Shown here piece after piece: positions 62,347 through 64,000 of a stretch of DNA of 64,000 bases. The stretch is from the human T2T-CHM13v2.0 reference genome, Homo sapiens, in assembly GCF_009914755.1 (NCBI RefSeq), contig NC_060928.1; one strand, given 5' to 3'. The first letter of the stretch is position 1. Every line of letters starts with the position of its first letter. The notes under the pieces are model-generated. The model saw nothing but the letters and a program-made list of their open reading frames with translations. It had not been told where the DNA came from and did no database searches. Position numbers and translations under genes: made by a program.

Positions 62347-62585
62347 ACAATGAGATCACATGGACACAGGAAGGGGAATATCACACTCTGGGGACTGTTG
62401 TGGGGTGGGGGGAGGGGGGAGGGATAGCATTGGGAGATATACCTAATGCTAAATGACGACTTAGTGGGTGCAGTGCACCAGCATGGCACATGTATACATA
62501 TGTAACTAACCTGCACGTTGTGCACATGTACCCTAAAACTTAAAGTATAATAATAATAAATAAATAAATAAAAAGAAAAAAAAAA

Positions 62586-62796
62586 GATCAGATACCACAA
62601 TCAACAAGAGGGGTAGAAGAGATGGAGAAGGGCGCGTGGGTAAGTGTTGAATTTCAATTTTTTAAGTGTGTATTTTGTACTCTTTCTAGGTACAGGATTA
62701 AAAACAGGCCAATGTGGAAAAAATTGTTATAATTGTTATAAATTGTTTATATTGTTATAAAACTAAAATCAAATCAAGAAAAAAATATAAAATAAT
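62586..62796 (+). other. L1 3' transduction (~190 bp foreign sequence plus second A-rich tail)
   Basis: Non-L1, non-Tigger sequence between the L1 A tail and the right TSD. Confidence 0.8.
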
Positions 62797-62810
62797 AATA
62801 ATAAATTAAC

Positions 62811-63170
62811 CTAGGATTACTATAACTTTTTTACTTTATACACTTTTAAATTTTCTTAACTTTTTGACACTTTTAAAACATTTAGCTGAAAACACAAATA
62901 CATTGTACAGCTATACAAAAGTATTTTTTCTTGTTTCCTTATTCTATAACTTTTTCTTATTTTTACTTTTTAAATTTTCTTTTTTTTTACTTTTTAAACA
63001 TTTTTGTTAAAAACTGAGACAAAAACACACACCTTAGCCTAGGCCCACACGGGGTCAGGATCATCAAGATGTTACTAGGCAATAGAAATATTTTAGCTGT
63101 GTTATAGTCTGATAAGACCACTGTCATATATGTAGTTGGCATTGACCAAATGTCATTATGCAGCACATGA
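62811..63170 (+). mobile_element. Tigger3 (Golem family), 3' part
   Basis: Resumes after the TSD as ctaggattactataact...aaaacacaaatacattgtacagct...ttagcctaggcccacacggggtcaggatcatcaa...gtcattatgcagcacatga. Confidence 0.85.
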
Positions 63171-63477
<307 letters not shown>

Positions 63478-63685
63478 GACCATATTTGTTTTGCAATATA
63501 GCTAGTACATTTATCTTTCCTGTGAAATTGTACAATCTCCCCGCATTCTGCTGGCCCCTTATGATTTCCCAGTGTATTTACTAAGCTTCACAAACAACTG
63601 TGAGAATGCTGGTTCAGTGTTGATTTTACATAAAATTAAAATTCATTTTTGCATGAAACTAAGTATTTAAAACTGAGTTACATAC

Positions 63686-63758
63686 CTGAATTCAAAAAAG
63701 GTAAGTTATCTTTTCCGCTCACACTTTCCGGGGCTGTACATTCACATACCAGGGCACA
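63686..63758 (-). CDS. INPP4B: INPP4B coding exon, 73 nt (CALVCECTAPESVSGKDNLPFLNS, ~aa 206-230); not in the ORF track
   Basis: Acceptor T17-acattttttcctag|TGT, donor TCAG|gtatgt; phase 0-1; joins in frame to the 148-nt exon (NS-V-LKNP). Confidence 0.95.
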
Positions 63759-64000
63759 CTAGGAAAAAATGTAAAAAAAAAAAAAAAAATTTGAGAACAA
63801 TCAAAATAAGGAATGATATTATTTTATTTGCAAAACATAAGGCTATGTACATGGTTTCAAAAAGTTTTGAATAAAATACTTTTTAAAAACTATTTCTAGC
63901 TCTATCTTTACTACAAAGAGTGTTTAACTTGTGATTTACTTAAATGTATACAGAATATGCTTATATTAGATAATTGTAGAGGGTACTCAGGGAAAAAGTT

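Noticed and set aside
62400-62424. G-quadruplex-forming G-rich tract
   Set aside because: Standard L1PA 3'UTR feature, not specific to this locus.
63696-63706. Perfect donor AAG|GTAAGT on the + strand
   Set aside because: It is the antisense reading of INPP4B codons (AAC TTA CCT TTT); no plus-strand exon is supported.

Overview
Human (or very closely related hominid) AT-rich intronic DNA from inside INPP4B (inositol polyphosphate-4-phosphatase type II), transcribed on the minus strand. Four canonical GT-AG coding exons (63686-63758, 41223-41370, 12253-12383, 11782-11886) join in frame to give about residues 206-358. A probable extra 27-nt in-frame microexon lies at 6098-6124. The rest is intron with about 14 Alus (one near-perfect AluYc1-like copy), a full-length but ORF-disrupted L1PA3/PA2-type element with a ~200-bp 3' transduction inside a Tigger3, an older truncated L1PA with an internal templated duplication, ERVL/MaLR LTR remnants, DNA-transposon fossils, MIR/L2 pieces and simple repeats. 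There is no prokaryotic system, CRISPR array or RNA gene, and almost all ORF-track entries are spurious or repeat-derived. The best leads are (1) the L1 antisense promoter/ORF0, whose two splice donors are in phase with downstream INPP4B exons and predict ORF0-INPP4B fusions lacking the C2 domain, (2) the microexon and (3) the L1 3' transduction. Gene and repeat-subfamily identities come from recalled sequences, not from a database search.
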